64,000 bases of DNA from Desulfurococcaceae archaeon (GTDB lineage: Archaea; Thermoproteota; Thermoprotei_A; Sulfolobales; Desulfurococcaceae), in contig JAWAHD010000001.1 in NCBI GenBank assembly GCA_038889555.1, forward strand, positions 1,016 to 65,015, read 5' to 3'. A model generated the notes under the pieces. The model saw only the letters and a program-made list of their open reading frames with translations. It searched no databases and was not told the origin of the DNA. Below, in pieces: positions 1-10,088 of this stretch; positions within the stretch are counted from its first letter, which is position 1, and every line of letters begins with the position of its first letter. The position numbers and the translations under genes are program-made.

Positions 1-434
1 AGAACTACTCCACCGGCTTCTTCGATCTTTCTTTTAGCTGTCTCTGAGACATGTTTTGCTATGAGCTTTATTGGTACTGTAACTTCCCCTTTTCCAAGTA
101 CTTTGTCATATCCTAGTTCAATAGCGTTGAAGACAACCATTCCTTCTTCTTTGATAGCTGTGTTTTTAGCGATCATGTCGAGAACGATCTCGTTTATTTC
201 ACCAACATTTATGATTCTTGGAGCACCCCTTAGTTGCTGAACACTTGTAAATCCATGTTTGCCGTACCATTCAGGTGCGTACTTTATTATCCACATGATT
301 TTATGCTTGTGGAAACCCACAGCACCAACGCCTCCCTTTGATCCGCTCTTTCGGTGCTGACCCACTCTACCCCAACCCATTGTTCTTGTTCTTCCGCGTA
401 GTTTCCTCGTCTTCTTCCTTTTTCTAACAACCAT
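1..434 (-). CDS. rpl15: 50S ribosomal protein L15 (uL15), 3' end cut by window edge
   Basis: Not in the ORF track because there is no stop inside the window. The - strand ATG at 432-434 reads [45 protein letters not shown]..., a typical basic uL15 N-terminus. It lies directly downstream of L30, as in archaeal spc-type operons. Confidence 0.85.
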   Translation of the reverse strand, partial: MVVRKRKKTRKLRGRTRTMGWGRVGQHRKSGSKGGVGAVGFHKHKIMWIIKYAPEWYGKHGFTSVQQLRGAPRIINVGEINEIVLDMIAKNTAIKEEGMVVFNAIELGYDKVLGKGEVTVPIKLIAKHVSETAKRKIEEAGGVV

Positions 435-445
435 GCTTCGTACAC

Positions 446-946
446 CTACAGCATTCGTTTAATCAGCTCGTTTATGGCAGATCCCCGGTAACCTAGCTCT
501 CCACCTTGATCGTAAGGTCTTTTCGTTGAACCTTTAAATCCTTTTCTAGGTGGATGAAGTCTAAATACTGGTTTTATCAGGTTATTCAGCTTATGAAGCA
601 TTACACGACCCTCCAGAATAGCATCAGCGAGTGCTGGTATTCCACCATTTATACCGAGCTTCGCTAGGTGAGTATCCACGTACTCGTCTGTTAAAGGCTT
701 GTTGCAGGCTATCTTGCCACGCTTATACAGTAGCTCTATTAGAGTTTCTCTATCGATTTCCCCCCAGGTAATCCAATCTTTTGCTTTCAATAACATACCA
801 TCTAGTCCGGGAAGGGTTTTGGGGTAAAGCACGCAGTGGTACTTTTTGTGTAGTCTTAGAAGCTTTAAGGTGTATTCTACGTCGTATGGACAGTCAACTC
901 GACCTTTGATCCTTATTATAGCGTAAACAGGTATTCTGTGCGCCAT
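446..946 (-). CDS. rpl30: 50S ribosomal protein L30 (uL30)
   Basis: ORF 446-958. [35 protein letters not shown] resembles archaeal uL30. The ATG at 946 is preferred over the GTG at 958, which overlaps the S5 stop. Position between S5 and L15. Confidence 0.88.
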   Translation of the reverse strand: MAHRIPVYAIIRIKGRVDCPYDVEYTLKLLRLHKKYHCVLYPKTLPGLDGMLLKAKDWITWGEIDRETLIELLYKRGKIACNKPLTDEYVDTHLAKLGINGGIPALADAILEGRVMLHKLNNLIKPVFRLHPPRKGFKGSTKRPYDQGGELGYRGSAINELIKRML

Positions 947-954
947 GGACCCTT

Positions 955-1593
955 TCACCCTCTAGCCCACTCCACAGGTGTTATGAACTTGTATGTGTTG
1001 TGGAGAGCGGTAACAACAGCTTTCGCGAAATTGAGCGTGGTTCTAGTTTCTCCGTAGCTTTCGGTCCATACGTCACTGATGCCTGCTAATCTCAGCACTA
1101 TCTTAGCGACGTCTCCTGCAACAAGCCCTGTTCCCCGTGGTGCAGGTTTCAACGTTATTCTAACGCTACCAGACTTACCCGTAACGATGAAAGGTACTGT
1201 ATGGGGCTGTGTACACCTACACTCCCAGCTTCCACAACCTCTTCTAATGGGGGATATGTTTAGCTTAGCGTCACGGACAGCCTTTGCTAAAGCTTCCGTA
1301 TACTGCTTAGCTTTTCCTATTCCTATTCCCACGTAGCCGTTCTCATTACCTATAACAACTACGACCTGAAACTTGGACCTTCTACCAGCATCGGTCATTT
1401 TTTGAACAATCCTAGCGTCGATTCTGACGTACTTTAAGTCTGGTAGTAGGTAGTCTACTATCTCGGGTTCCAGCAGAGGCAGGTTTCTTTCAAAGATCTC
1501 CCTTAAGCTCGTTATCTTTCCTTCAAGTACTAGTTTACCGGTTTTTGTTCTAGGCACCCACTTCTCCAGGGCTACTTTGTCTATTGCAGGCAT
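955..1593 (-). CDS. rps5: 30S ribosomal protein S5 (uS5)
   Basis: ORF 955-1617. MPAIDKVALEKWVPRTKTGKLVLEGKITSLREIFERNLPLLEPEIVDYLLPDL matches the archaeal S5 N-terminus. The in-frame ATG at 1593 is preferred over the TTG at 1617. Operon position between L18 and L30. Confidence 0.9.
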   Translation of the reverse strand: MPAIDKVALEKWVPRTKTGKLVLEGKITSLREIFERNLPLLEPEIVDYLLPDLKYVRIDARIVQKMTDAGRRSKFQVVVVIGNENGYVGIGIGKAKQYTEALAKAVRDAKLNISPIRRGCGSWECRCTQPHTVPFIVTGKSGSVRITLKPAPRGTGLVAGDVAKIVLRLAGISDVWTESYGETRTTLNFAKAVVTALHNTYKFITPVEWARG

Positions 1594-1613
1594 GGGTGCA
1601 TATGACAAGGTTT

Positions 1614-2222
1614 TCAATCACCTCCTTGTGACCTGGATTTATAAGTATCCAAAATGGCCTGTTTAACGGTTTCAAAATGCAGAGGGAGTTCTTCGGGGTT
1701 TAATCCTCTCCTCAAGTACGTTGAGAACCTTGATTCAAGTAAACCACGCTCTCTCAGGATTTTCGCGTAGTTTGCTATATGGTATCCTCTGATTCTGTCC
1801 TCTGAGGGGAGAACTTCTTCGCCGACGGGAACTTTAAGACCTGCGTCGTTAGCAGCCTTTATGGCTGCGAACACTATTGAACCCTTGATTGCTCTATGTA
1901 GTCCGATGTCTGGTACAGCGTATTCAACACCCTTCTGCAAAGCTCTTAGTGCTGCTAAAAGACCGGTTAGGTAGGCTGCAGGCGTGTTCGAGGTTCCTCC
2001 TTTCCACGAGAATTTTGTAACGAGCTCTCTCGAGTGAGCAGCAGCTATGGTGTGATCCCCCTCGGGCTTAGCTACTATGATTTGAACCCAGATGTACTTG
2101 TTTGTTTTTCTAACAACGAATCTCGGGTGTCCTGACATCACCATTACGTATCTCTTGTAGTAATTTGTTTTTCCTTCGCGCCTTCTGCGTCGTGGAACCT
2201 TGTATTTTGGACCTCTGGCCAT
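1614..2222 (-). CDS. rpl18: 50S ribosomal protein L18 (uL18)
   Basis: ORF 1614-2231. [25 protein letters not shown] is the uL18/L5e-type N-terminus. ATG at 2222. Operon position. Confidence 0.9.
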   Translation of the reverse strand: MARGPKYKVPRRRRREGKTNYYKRYVMVMSGHPRFVVRKTNKYIWVQIIVAKPEGDHTIAAAHSRELVTKFSWKGGTSNTPAAYLTGLLAALRALQKGVEYAVPDIGLHRAIKGSIVFAAIKAANDAGLKVPVGEEVLPSEDRIRGYHIANYAKILRERGLLESRFSTYLRRGLNPEELPLHFETVKQAILDTYKSRSQGGD

Positions 2223-2231
2223 AGTGTTCAC

Positions 2232-2690
2232 CTATTGAGCCTCTTTTATGATGCCGTGTTCTCTAAGGTACAGTTTAAGTGCTGATAAACTATCGAACTG
2301 TCCTCCCTTAGCAAGCTTGTATAGTCTTCTGTACGTCTTCTTGTCTATTACGCCATGGTCGCGCAGGTACCTTAAGTACCTCCTTATTTTTCTTATTCTA
2401 GTGATCCACGAGAGCTTTGGGTCTTGCCTAGCTCTTTTTCTTCCTTCGCGCTTACCGTGGCCTCGTCTTCGTCCTTTTTTACGCTGAACCTTCCTCGATT
2501 TACCACTATAACCAGTAATACCGTGCTCTGGTTCGATCCAGATAGCTCCTTCTTCTATGAGCTTTTTTATGTCCTCTCTCGTTATTGCTTGAGCAACATC
2601 GTCTGCTCTTGTTGGATCTATTCTCACTCTGGATACTCCTACTCCAAGTATATCGGCTGCAAGTCTCTTCTGTAGAGTTAAATCTGGCAT
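2232..2690 (-). CDS. rpl19e: 50S ribosomal protein L19e
   Basis: MPDLTLQKRLAADILGVGVSRVRIDP plus a central highly basic stretch KKGRRRGHGKREGRKRAR. The ATG overlaps the L32e stop (ATGA). Operon position. Confidence 0.9.
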   Translation of the reverse strand: MPDLTLQKRLAADILGVGVSRVRIDPTRADDVAQAITREDIKKLIEEGAIWIEPEHGITGYSGKSRKVQRKKGRRRGHGKREGRKRARQDPKLSWITRIRKIRRYLRYLRDHGVIDKKTYRRLYKLAKGGQFDSLSALKLYLREHGIIKEAQ

Positions 2691-3115
2691 CAGCTACCCC
2701 CTTCCTCTTGCACTTTAGCTATTCTTGGAGGATTTGCTACTTTAAAGCCACGTTCAACGGCCACCTTGTACACCTCGAGGGCTTTTTTCATACCGACAGT
2801 GCTACCGATGTAAATGATGTGCTTCAGTGGATTGTACTTCGATAGATCATTTACATTATAGACGACTACTGGTGTTAAACCACTTGGGTGCATTCCTCTA
2901 ACAACAGTGGGCGTTCTATACCCTACCTTTACAATAGGAGGATAACCCTTGAGCTGAAGTCTCATCTTATTATCTATACCTTTGGGCTTACGCCACTTAG
3001 GATCGTTCTTGAACTTGGGCTTTTTCCACCACTCGTGTCTTAAGAACTCTGGTCTCTGCCTTTTCATTTTTTCTCTCAGCTTTAAGTAACATTCAACGTC
3101 CTTTTCCATCGTCAA
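2690..3115 (-). CDS. rpl32e: 50S ribosomal protein L32e
   Basis: RQRPEFLRHEWWKKPKFKNDPKWRKPKGIDNKMRLQLKGYPPIVKVGYRTP is an L32e-type sequence. Lies between L6 and L19e. Confidence 0.9.
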   Translation of the reverse strand: MTMEKDVECYLKLREKMKRQRPEFLRHEWWKKPKFKNDPKWRKPKGIDNKMRLQLKGYPPIVKVGYRTPTVVRGMHPSGLTPVVVYNVNDLSKYNPLKHIIYIGSTVGMKKALEVYKVAVERGFKVANPPRIAKVQEEGGS

Positions 3116-3663
3116 TCCGCAACACCTCTCTCATAGATGTAAATACCATCCGCAAAGACTCTTCTATCAAGATCCCTTATCTTGGTTGCACGTTCTATCG
3201 ATGCGGCTGTCAAGCCCACCTCCTCGATATCTATGCCCTCCACGATCACGTCGTGACCTTCGACACGAACCGTAACATTACCGTAAATCTTAGCTACCCT
3301 ATCCGCTTTCTCACCCAAAAAATTCCTTATCCTAACAACTTTGTTCTTAGCATCAACCACTACGCTCACCGGGAAGTGCGAGTACACGATCTTGAGCTTG
3401 TACCTAAAGCCTTTTGTAACTCCTATGATCATGTTTTCTATGTGCACTGCTATTGTACCGACGAGTGCTTTAAGAGATCTATCCGCATTGTAAGCCTCAA
3501 CAACAACGTAACCGTCTTGAACGCTGATGTACACTCTTCGTGCATGCGAGAAATCCCTAACGAGCTCACCTTTGGGTCCTCTAACTTTCACTCTCGAGCC
3601 TTCTACCTGAACAGATACGTTTTCGGGGATTTTGACTTTTTCAACAATGTGTAAAGCTTTCAT
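3112..3663 (-). CDS. rpl6: 50S ribosomal protein L6 (uL6)
   Basis: KIPENVSVQVEGSRVKVRGPKGELVRDF and the duplicated-domain layout fit uL6. Operon position between S8 and L32e. Confidence 0.9.
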   Translation of the reverse strand: MKALHIVEKVKIPENVSVQVEGSRVKVRGPKGELVRDFSHARRVYISVQDGYVVVEAYNADRSLKALVGTIAVHIENMIIGVTKGFRYKLKIVYSHFPVSVVVDAKNKVVRIRNFLGEKADRVAKIYGNVTVRVEGHDVIVEGIDIEEVGLTAASIERATKIRDLDRRVFADGIYIYERGVAD

Positions 3664-3677
3664 GTTCTAACACCTCT

Positions 3678-4079
3678 CTAGTAACAATATGCTAGCAGTA
3701 TACCTCCTGTTTTCCTCTCAATAGCTTCCTTGTGCGACATTACTCCGTGAGGTGTTGTAAGGATCAGTATTCCAATATTGTAAGCTGGAAGGTACTTCTT
3801 GAGCCAATTAGGTGGATTGATAAGCTCTATGTACTTAACCGGGTATCTCGGCTTGATCACGCCAACTTTGTTAATCCTACCTAGTAATAGTATTCTTATC
3901 TTACCCCATCTTCCATCATCAATGTATTCAAATTCTCCTATGTAACCTTCCCTCTGGAGAACTTTCAGTACATTAAGTATAAGCTTTGATGCAGGCCAAG
4001 TTATAACTTCTCTCTTTGCTTTCATCTCGGCATTATGTATCGCGGAGAGAGTGTTCGCGAGTGGGTCCATAGCCACCAT
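3678..4079 (-). CDS. rps8: 30S ribosomal protein S8 (uS8)
   Basis: MVAMDPLANTLSAIHNAEMKAKREV is a canonical uS8 start. The ORF-track start at 4142 would overlap the S14 gene, so the ATG at 4077-4079 was chosen. Confidence 0.9.
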   Translation of the reverse strand: MVAMDPLANTLSAIHNAEMKAKREVITWPASKLILNVLKVLQREGYIGEFEYIDDGRWGKIRILLLGRINKVGVIKPRYPVKYIELINPPNWLKKYLPAYNIGILILTTPHGVMSHKEAIERKTGGILLAYCY

Positions 4080-4093
4080 GGTTATCATCACCA

Positions 4094-4258
4094 CTAATTG
4101 TACTTCTTGAATCCCATGGAGTATGCTATTTCTCTGAAGCACTGTCTACAGAGGTAAAGTCCATAAGCTTGGATAACAGCATCTCGAGACCCGCATCTAC
4201 GGCACTCTTGAGCTCCGCGCCCGTATTTTTCTACTTTTGGTGGTTTTAACTTAGCCAT
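4094..4258 (-). CDS. rps14: 30S ribosomal protein S14 type Z (uS14), zinc-binding
   Basis: Below the ORF-track size cut-off. The - strand reads MAKLKPPKVEKYGRGAQECRRCGSRDAVIQAYGLYLCRQCFREIAYSMGFKKYN (54 aa) with CxxC...CxxC. It sits exactly between L5 and S8, as expected. Confidence 0.88.
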   Translation of the reverse strand: MAKLKPPKVEKYGRGAQECRRCGSRDAVIQAYGLYLCRQCFREIAYSMGFKKYN

Positions 4259-4267
4259 AAGCACACC

Positions 4268-4831
4268 TTACTCTTCAATGATATCCAATCCAAAAAACCT
4301 TTTAAGAAAAACCATTGCCTCCAGTTTTGTAACTCTATGTCGCTTAGGTATAGGTCTTCGTGCCTGTCTACGTCTCATTACCCTGTAACCAGGTCTTTCA
4401 ATTGATATGCAAACGTCCATGCCGAATATTCCAACCTCGGGATCATACTTCACTCCGGGCAAGTGAATGTGTTCTTTTATCCCAAAACAAACATTGCCAT
4501 GATCATCGAAGCTGGAAGCCTTGATCCTGTAGCCTACCGCATCTAAGGCTTTCTTAAGGAACTCTATTGCTTTCTGCTTTCTGAGTGTGATTGTTACTGC
4601 GATATACTCTCCTCTTCGTATTCCAAATTCTCTAATTGTTCTTTTGGCTCTCCTAAAAGAAGCTTTCTGACCTGTGATCTCCTCTAGAACATGGGCAATC
4701 TTCTTGAGTCTTTCAATATCAGAACCTATGCATACGTTCACCACAACCTTTCCTATTCGTGGTTTCAGCATTGGATTCTCTTCCCACTTCTTTACGATTT
4801 CAGCCTCGATCTCAGGTATAAGCGTCGGCAT
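4268..4831 (-). CDS. rpl5: 50S ribosomal protein L5 (uL5)
   Basis: ORF 4268-4843. NPMLKPRIGKVVVNVCIG... is uL5-like. The ATG at 4831 lies just after the S4e stop (4833). Operon position. Confidence 0.9.
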   Translation of the reverse strand: MPTLIPEIEAEIVKKWEENPMLKPRIGKVVVNVCIGSDIERLKKIAHVLEEITGQKASFRRAKRTIREFGIRRGEYIAVTITLRKQKAIEFLKKALDAVGYRIKASSFDDHGNVCFGIKEHIHLPGVKYDPEVGIFGMDVCISIERPGYRVMRRRQARRPIPKRHRVTKLEAMVFLKRFFGLDIIEE

Positions 4832-4832
4832 A

Positions 4833-5594
4833 TTACCATGCACCTTCAGGCAGTGTAATAACTGGTTTTTCGATTCCTATGGGGAATATGTATTCGAAAC
4901 TAGTTTGAAATCTATTACCGTACTTATCCTCCAGTGTAACAATGTACTTTCTTCTCTTCAGTGCTCCAGGTATGATCTCAATTATTCTGCCCACTCTTCC
5001 AACGTTTTTACCTCCACTTACAATTGCTATAACCCCCTCCTTAGCGGGTATGTAATCTACTACTCTGTTGTCTTTCAGTGAGAGAACTACTGTACCCAAG
5101 GTTTCGTATTGATCTTCTACGGGATTACGGGGATCAGAGACTTTTATGAGAACGTTACGTCCGTCGTGTAAGTTAAGTTGAATGTGTCCATCCTTTACGG
5201 TTGTTTTATTCTCTATTCTACAGGGTTTTATGGAGGCTTCTTCGGGCGGTATCCTCAGAAGTCCTAGAACTTTCGTGGGAACCGGTATAACCCTGTAATA
5301 TTCACCCGTTTCCGGTATTTCAATAACATCCATTACTCCAACTGGGAACTTGTAGTTTCGCCTAACCTTGCCATCTACTTTGAAGTGACCTTCGGCAATC
5401 AACTTGCGCGCTTCGGTACTGGTTTTAGCATACTTCAAAATGTCCCTTACAATTATTAATAGCGGTAAGCATCTCTCAATAGGGTGGGGTCCTGGTGATG
5501 GTTTCACAGACCACTTAAACTTCTTTCTGAGTATAGGCCAAAAAGCAGGTGCTACAAGTGCTTTTAGGTGTCTACTACCACCGTGTTTAGTCAT
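4833..5594 (-). CDS. rps4e: 30S ribosomal protein S4e
   Basis: MTKHGGSRHLKALVAPAFWPILRKKFKWSVKPSPGPH is the conserved S4e N-terminus. Operon position. Confidence 0.92.
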   Translation of the reverse strand: MTKHGGSRHLKALVAPAFWPILRKKFKWSVKPSPGPHPIERCLPLLIIVRDILKYAKTSTEARKLIAEGHFKVDGKVRRNYKFPVGVMDVIEIPETGEYYRVIPVPTKVLGLLRIPPEEASIKPCRIENKTTVKDGHIQLNLHDGRNVLIKVSDPRNPVEDQYETLGTVVLSLKDNRVVDYIPAKEGVIAIVSGGKNVGRVGRIIEIIPGALKRRKYIVTLEDKYGNRFQTSFEYIFPIGIEKPVITLPEGAW

Positions 5595-5600
5595 ACTTCA

Positions 5601-6032
5601 TCAGCCTACCTCTGTTTCTTTTCCGGACTGTTCAAAACTGCGTTCTTCAACAGTCTTCTTTCGTCTTTCGACTATATTTAGCCTGTACTTATCTGAAAGG
5701 TCGAGTTTAACGATCATTACCTTGCTAGGATGTATTGGGTAATACACCGGTGTTCCATCGGCTTTTTTCATCTGAACGCCCTCAACGAATATCCTTACGC
5801 GCTTAAGGTCTACTTTTACCACTCTTCCCTCATGACCAGTGTAGTCGCCGCGCATTACTCGAACAACATCTCCTGTTCTCACAGGTAATCTTTTAACTCC
5901 ATATTTCTCTCTGAGTTCAGGTGAAAGTGGAGCATTGAAGAATTTGTGCCTTAAGTGTAACGGTGCATTGTAGAAAGCTTTTCTCTGAGCTCTTGGTTGG
6001 GAGGAGGACACGAACGGCACATTGATCACCAC
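5601..6032 (-). CDS. rpl24: 50S ribosomal protein L24 (uL24)
   Basis: [22 protein letters not shown] plus the KOW motif [18 protein letters not shown]. The GTG start abuts the L14 stop. Confidence 0.9.
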   Translation of the reverse strand: MVINVPFVSSSQPRAQRKAFYNAPLHLRHKFFNAPLSPELREKYGVKRLPVRTGDVVRVMRGDYTGHEGRVVKVDLKRVRIFVEGVQMKKADGTPVYYPIHPSKVMIVKLDLSDKYRLNIVERRKKTVEERSFEQSGKETEVG

Positions 6033-6460
6033 TAAACGATTATCGAAGCTAAGTTAGCTATCTGAGGCCATCTTTCAGCAGCTTCACGAGCAACAGGACC
6101 TCTGATCTCAGTACCCTTAGGAGTGCCCTCGGGTGTTAGTATAACCACCGCATTGTCCTCAAAAGCCACCCATGTTCCATCCGGTCTTTTGTAAGGTCTT
6201 CTTTGCCTAATAACGATCGCCTTGAAAATCTTTTTTCTCATCTCTGGTGTTCCCTTCTTAACACTCACTACAACTAGGTCTCCGACCCCTGCTCTGGGCA
6301 CTCTCCTCAGTCTACCCCTATAACCTGGTACACCAATTATCGTTACTTCCTTTGCACCACTATTATCAGCAACTTTTACTCTCGATGCTACCTGTAAACC
6401 GGTGTTTACGCGTCTTCTTGAGTAAGCAGGTTTTCCCGCAACAGCTCTTTTGGCACCCAT
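6032..6460 (-). CDS. rpl14: 50S ribosomal protein L14 (uL14)
   Basis: [26 protein letters not shown] is the uL14 signature region. The ATG at 6460 is taken; the ORF track starts at GTG 6469. Confidence 0.9.
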   Translation of the reverse strand: MGAKRAVAGKPAYSRRRVNTGLQVASRVKVADNSGAKEVTIIGVPGYRGRLRRVPRAGVGDLVVVSVKKGTPEMRKKIFKAIVIRQRRPYKRPDGTWVAFEDNAVVILTPEGTPKGTEIRGPVAREAAERWPQIANLASIIV

Positions 6461-6486
6461 TGACAGCACCTCTTAACTTAACCTAC

Positions 6487-6843
6487 TTAGCGCCTTTTAA
6501 CTACACTCAGAACTACGAATGAAACGGTCTTAGCCAAGGGCCGTGTCTCGCCGATAATAACTTCGTCTCCTTCATTAACGTCAATGCATGGAGGAAGTCT
6601 CGCGTGTATGTTTCTTCTACGCTTCTCGTACCTCATATACTTGCTTACGTAGTGGAGATACTCGTGTCTTACTACAACAGTTCTTTGCATCTTTTTCTTT
6701 ACAACTATACCCCTTAGTATAACTCCTCTAACTTTTAAATGTCCATGCCATGGACACTTAGGATCGTTACACACCTTGTCGGGTGGCTGTACGCCAGATA
6801 TTCCAACATTCCTCACTTTCGACCTTACACTACCTGTGCTCAT
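6487..6843 (-). CDS. rps17: 30S ribosomal protein S17 (uS17)
   Basis: CNDPKCPWHGHLKVRGVILRGIVVKKKMQRTVVV is archaeal S17-like. The ATG at 6843 follows the Rpp29 stop at 6849-6851. Confidence 0.88.
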   Translation of the reverse strand: MSTGSVRSKVRNVGISGVQPPDKVCNDPKCPWHGHLKVRGVILRGIVVKKKMQRTVVVRHEYLHYVSKYMRYEKRRRNIHARLPPCIDVNEGDEVIIGETRPLAKTVSFVVLSVVKRR

Positions 6844-6848
6844 TCCTT

Positions 6849-7130
6849 TCAACCTCTACTCGTAAGAACCTTCTTGAGTCTATCCCAGGGTCTACCAACG
6901 ATCCTATCTCCTTTTAAAACTATGACGTCTCCACTGGGAAGTTGTAATTGAAACACACCGTTGGATTTGAACACTCTTATTCGCTTACCGTTGTTTTTTT
7001 CTATTAATAGCGTCTTCATGGTTTCATCAACTATAATGCCTTCAACTCCGACCAAGGCTTGATCAGTGTATTGCAAAATCTTCACCTTTAAGCCGATCAA
7101 CTCATGATAAATTATGTTCTTAGGCGTCAT
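6849..7130 (-). CDS. rnp1: RNase P protein component 1 (Rpp29/Pop4 family)
   Basis: ELIGLKVKILQYTDQALVGVEGIIVDETMKTLLIE...GDRIVGRPWDRLKK. It occupies the conserved archaeal slot between L29 and S17. ATG at 7130. Confidence 0.75.
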   Translation of the reverse strand: MTPKNIIYHELIGLKVKILQYTDQALVGVEGIIVDETMKTLLIEKNNGKRIRVFKSNGVFQLQLPSGDVIVLKGDRIVGRPWDRLKKVLTSRG

Positions 7131-7137
7131 CTTCACG

Positions 7138-7365
7138 CTAAAATCCCTCACTACTGGTTTGGGTTTGATTTCTCCTTTCTTCGTTGATAATGGTTAATAT
7201 TCTTGCTATGCTTCTTCTAGTATTTCTTATTCTTGCTGTATCCTTGAGAAGACCCATCCTGGCTTGCATTCTTAACTTTAGGAGTTCTAGTCTTAATTCT
7301 TCTAGTTTTTTAACTCTTTCCTCCGGGCTCATTTTTCTAATCTCATCCGGCTTCACTTTTAACAC
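7138..7365 (-). CDS. rpl29: 50S ribosomal protein L29 (uL29)
   Basis: KPDEIRKMSPEERVKKLEELRLELLKLRMQ...RNTRRSIARILTIINE is the uL29 helical hairpin pattern. The GTG start overlaps the S3 3' end. Confidence 0.85.
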   Translation of the reverse strand: MLKVKPDEIRKMSPEERVKKLEELRLELLKLRMQARMGLLKDTARIRNTRRSIARILTIINEERRNQTQTSSEGF

Positions 7366-8017
7366 CTAGACCAAGCTCTTGTCTAATTTTTTCAAGCTCA
7401 TCTTTGGGTAGTTCTCTAATTGCGACCTGATCAGGCATTCTTATGCCTGGTTTGACAATCACGACTTCCACACCATAGATACCCGGCTTTAACATGGCCT
7501 TTGCAACAGCTCTATCAACTATGTAATCAACGGGATCTCCGACCTTGTACACCTTTCCAACCCTGATCTTCTCGTATGTTGCTCGTTCACCTCTTAGCTT
7601 GCCGCTGATGATAATTTCGCAACCAACCGCGCCTGCTTCCATTATTCTACGTGCCATGAACATCATTGCTCTTCTGAACGGTATTCCCTTCTCAAGAGCT
7701 CTCGCAAGTCTAAAGGCTACAACTCTGGCGTTTAAATCTGGATCTGCAACGGGAGAAACCGTTATACTCACGTTCTCTAGCTCGAATCGTTTCTCTAAGA
7801 CAGCAGCGATTTTCCTCAATATGGTTGCTCCCCTGCCAATGAATCTCCCCGGGAACTCCGCATAGATAACCACTCTATGACCTAGAGGGGTTTTGTATAT
7901 CTCTACGTCGGCGTAACCAGCATCCTTGAAGTAATTAGCTAGAAACTCGTCAACCATTACTTTCTTTAATCCATAGCTTAGAAAGTAGCTCTTGATCTTG
8001 GGTCCTACGCCAACCAC
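7343..8017 (-). CDS. rps3: 30S ribosomal protein S3 (uS3)
   Basis: The KH-domain region EIYKTPLGHRVVIYAEFPGRFIGRGATILRKI and the length fit uS3. Operon position. Confidence 0.9.
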   Translation of the reverse strand: MVGVGPKIKSYFLSYGLKKVMVDEFLANYFKDAGYADVEIYKTPLGHRVVIYAEFPGRFIGRGATILRKIAAVLEKRFELENVSITVSPVADPDLNARVVAFRLARALEKGIPFRRAMMFMARRIMEAGAVGCEIIISGKLRGERATYEKIRVGKVYKVGDPVDYIVDRAVAKAMLKPGIYGVEVVIVKPGIRMPDQVAIRELPKDELEKIRQELGLGVKSEAG

Positions 8018-8019
8018 TC

Positions 8020-8493
8020 CTAACCAACCTCTTCTACTATAATCTCCATATGCGTTGTTCTACGGAATTTAGGAGTGGCACGTCCGAATGCTCTAGGCAT
8101 GTACCTCTTCAAAGTGGGTCCTTTGTGTGCAATGATATGCTTTATTATTAGTCTATTTGCGTCAAGACCCTTGTTCTCAGCGTTTGCTTTCACGTTTTGC
8201 AGGAGTTCAAGGGTGTATTTGGCCCCCTTCACAGGGTATCGTCCAATAGGCCATTTGAACCTATCTGCTAATCCTCGCTTATGGCTAAGTTTGCCGTGAT
8301 ACCTTTTAAAGGGAACCGGTTGCTTTAACTTAATGACGTCTTCCAGGAACTTAATGGCGTCTATTAGCTTCATGCCTTTTATGGTGTTAGCGATCTCTCT
8401 CATATACTTGATTGATACTGGGATATCGTATCGTACAGCCTTTGCGATTTTGGCATCTTCTCTTATTTCAACGGAGTAGTTCCAGGTTGGCAT
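8020..8493 (-). CDS. rpl22: 50S ribosomal protein L22 (uL22)
   Basis: AKAVRYDIPVSIKYMREIANTIKGMKLIDAIKFLEDV is uL22-like. Lies between S19 and S3. Confidence 0.9.
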   Translation of the reverse strand: MPTWNYSVEIREDAKIAKAVRYDIPVSIKYMREIANTIKGMKLIDAIKFLEDVIKLKQPVPFKRYHGKLSHKRGLADRFKWPIGRYPVKGAKYTLELLQNVKANAENKGLDANRLIIKHIIAHKGPTLKRYMPRAFGRATPKFRRTTHMEIIVEEVG

Positions 8494-8502
8494 AAACGTC
8501 GC

Positions 8503-8982
8503 CTACTTCATAGCAATAAACCTGCTACTCTTGGTAGCTTTGAGTCCAGGCTCTCCATGTGTAACTTTCTTCGTACTAGGGCTGAACTCGCCGAGCCTGT
8601 GCCCGATCATCTCTGGTACAACCTTGAACTGTACGTACTCCTTGCCATTGTATACTGCAAAGGTTAATCCAACCATTTCAGGTAGAATTATCATGTCTCT
8701 CACATGCGTTTTTATAACGGTTTTCTTGGCTCTCTCGGGATCCTTTATCACTTTTCTGATCTTTGCGAGAAGCTTAATCTGCTCCTTCGTAAATCCTCTA
8801 GTCAAGCTTCTTCGCTGTCTTGCTGGTAGAAGCTTTGCAAACTCGTCTAGGGACATTGTTAGCAACTCCTCTAGTGTTTTACCTCTGTACTTGAATCTCT
8901 TCCATTCTGGTGGTACGTCCTGCAGATGTGGAGGTAATCTCAACGGTTGCTTAGTCTGTGAAGTACTCATGTACAACGACAC
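8503..8982 (-). CDS. rps19: 30S ribosomal protein S19 (uS19)
   Basis: [34 protein letters not shown]...[16 protein letters not shown]. The start is ambiguous (GTG 8982 or ATG 8970). Confidence 0.9.
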   Translation of the reverse strand: MSLYMSTSQTKQPLRLPPHLQDVPPEWKRFKYRGKTLEELLTMSLDEFAKLLPARQRRSLTRGFTKEQIKLLAKIRKVIKDPERAKKTVIKTHVRDMIILPEMVGLTFAVYNGKEYVQFKVVPEMIGHRLGEFSPSTKKVTHGEPGLKATKSSRFIAMK

Positions 8983-9068
8983 CTCTGAATAAGCACGTAT
9001 TCTTCTTTAACCTCTAGTTCAAAAAGCTTATATCTTGCAATAGGTAATAAAACAGACACTGATAACAC

Positions 9069-9791
9069 CTACCGAACTTTTCCACGTTTTCTACCTGTTC
9101 TTCTCGCTGCGATGTGTCCAACTTTTCTTCCAGGAGGCGTTGTCCTAGCCACTGTTGTTGGTCTACCAACGTGTCTGCCACCTCCGTGCGGGTGAGATAC
9201 TGGGTTCATTGCTACACCTCTTACTCTAGGCCACCAGTAGCTTTTCGCCTTCCACTTGTAGTAAGCTGCACCTGCTTTTAGCAGAGGCTTCTCAAGTCTT
9301 CCTCCCCCGGCTATTACCCCTATCATAGCTCTCGCCTGACTTGAAACTTCAATTACCTTACCGCTGGGTAGTTGAACCTTTACTTTATCCCCTGATTTTC
9401 CTAGCACTATACCGTAGGCTCCACTGGCTCTAGCGTATCTGCCACCGTCTCCGTAGATCTTCTCGATGTTCGATACTTGTGCTCCCTCTGGTATCATGCC
9501 TATAGGTAGAATGTTACCATTTGCCACTCTTGCGCCTGGCCCTATTTCTATAATCTGTCCCTTGTACATTCCTTCCACGGCTGGTGCATAGAACACTTCT
9601 CCGCTTTCAAGCTCTACTTCTGCCAAAGGCACCCATCTACCAGGATCGTGAATAAGTTCTTTAATCACGGCTTTGTACGTTTTGTTTGGGTCGAGTGAAG
9701 GATACCTGGCTGGAGCTATGTGCAAGTGGTCAGGGGTTCTCCAAGTTGGTGATCCCCTACCACGTCTTTGTACTATTATTCTTTTACCCAT
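9069..9791 (-). CDS. rpl2: 50S ribosomal protein L2 (uL2)
   Basis: MGKRIIVQRRGRGS... and the C-terminal GVAMNPVSHPHGGGRHVGRPTTV signature. Confidence 0.95.
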   Translation of the reverse strand: MGKRIIVQRRGRGSPTWRTPDHLHIAPARYPSLDPNKTYKAVIKELIHDPGRWVPLAEVELESGEVFYAPAVEGMYKGQIIEIGPGARVANGNILPIGMIPEGAQVSNIEKIYGDGGRYARASGAYGIVLGKSGDKVKVQLPSGKVIEVSSQARAMIGVIAGGGRLEKPLLKAGAAYYKWKAKSYWWPRVRGVAMNPVSHPHGGGRHVGRPTTVARTTPPGRKVGHIAARRTGRKRGKVR

Positions 9792-9806
9792 TCCGGATCA
9801 CCACTA

Positions 9807-10088
9807 CTACATTATACCAAGCTTTGTTGCCACTTCGGACGCTTTGAATTCTGGCGATAGTTTTACGTAAGCTTTCTTCTCGCCGGTTGCAGTTATTAAT
9901 GTTCTAACACTTTCAACCTTTACTCCGAATAGAGCTTCAACAGCTCTTTTAACGTCGTGTTTTGTTGCGTTTATATCTACTATAAATGTAAGCGTGTTCT
10001 GCTTATCTATGAGCCACAAGGCTTTCTCTGTTTGAAGAGGTCTTAGGATAATTCTTAGGTATCTTTTCTCCTCACCATCTGCTGTCAT
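9807..10088 (-). CDS. rpl23: 50S ribosomal protein L23 (uL23)
   Basis: [48 protein letters not shown] is uL23-like. The ATG overlaps the L4 stop (ATGA). Confidence 0.88.
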   Translation of the reverse strand: MTADGEEKRYLRIILRPLQTEKALWLIDKQNTLTFIVDINATKHDVKRAVEALFGVKVESVRTLITATGEKKAYVKLSPEFKASEVATKLGIM

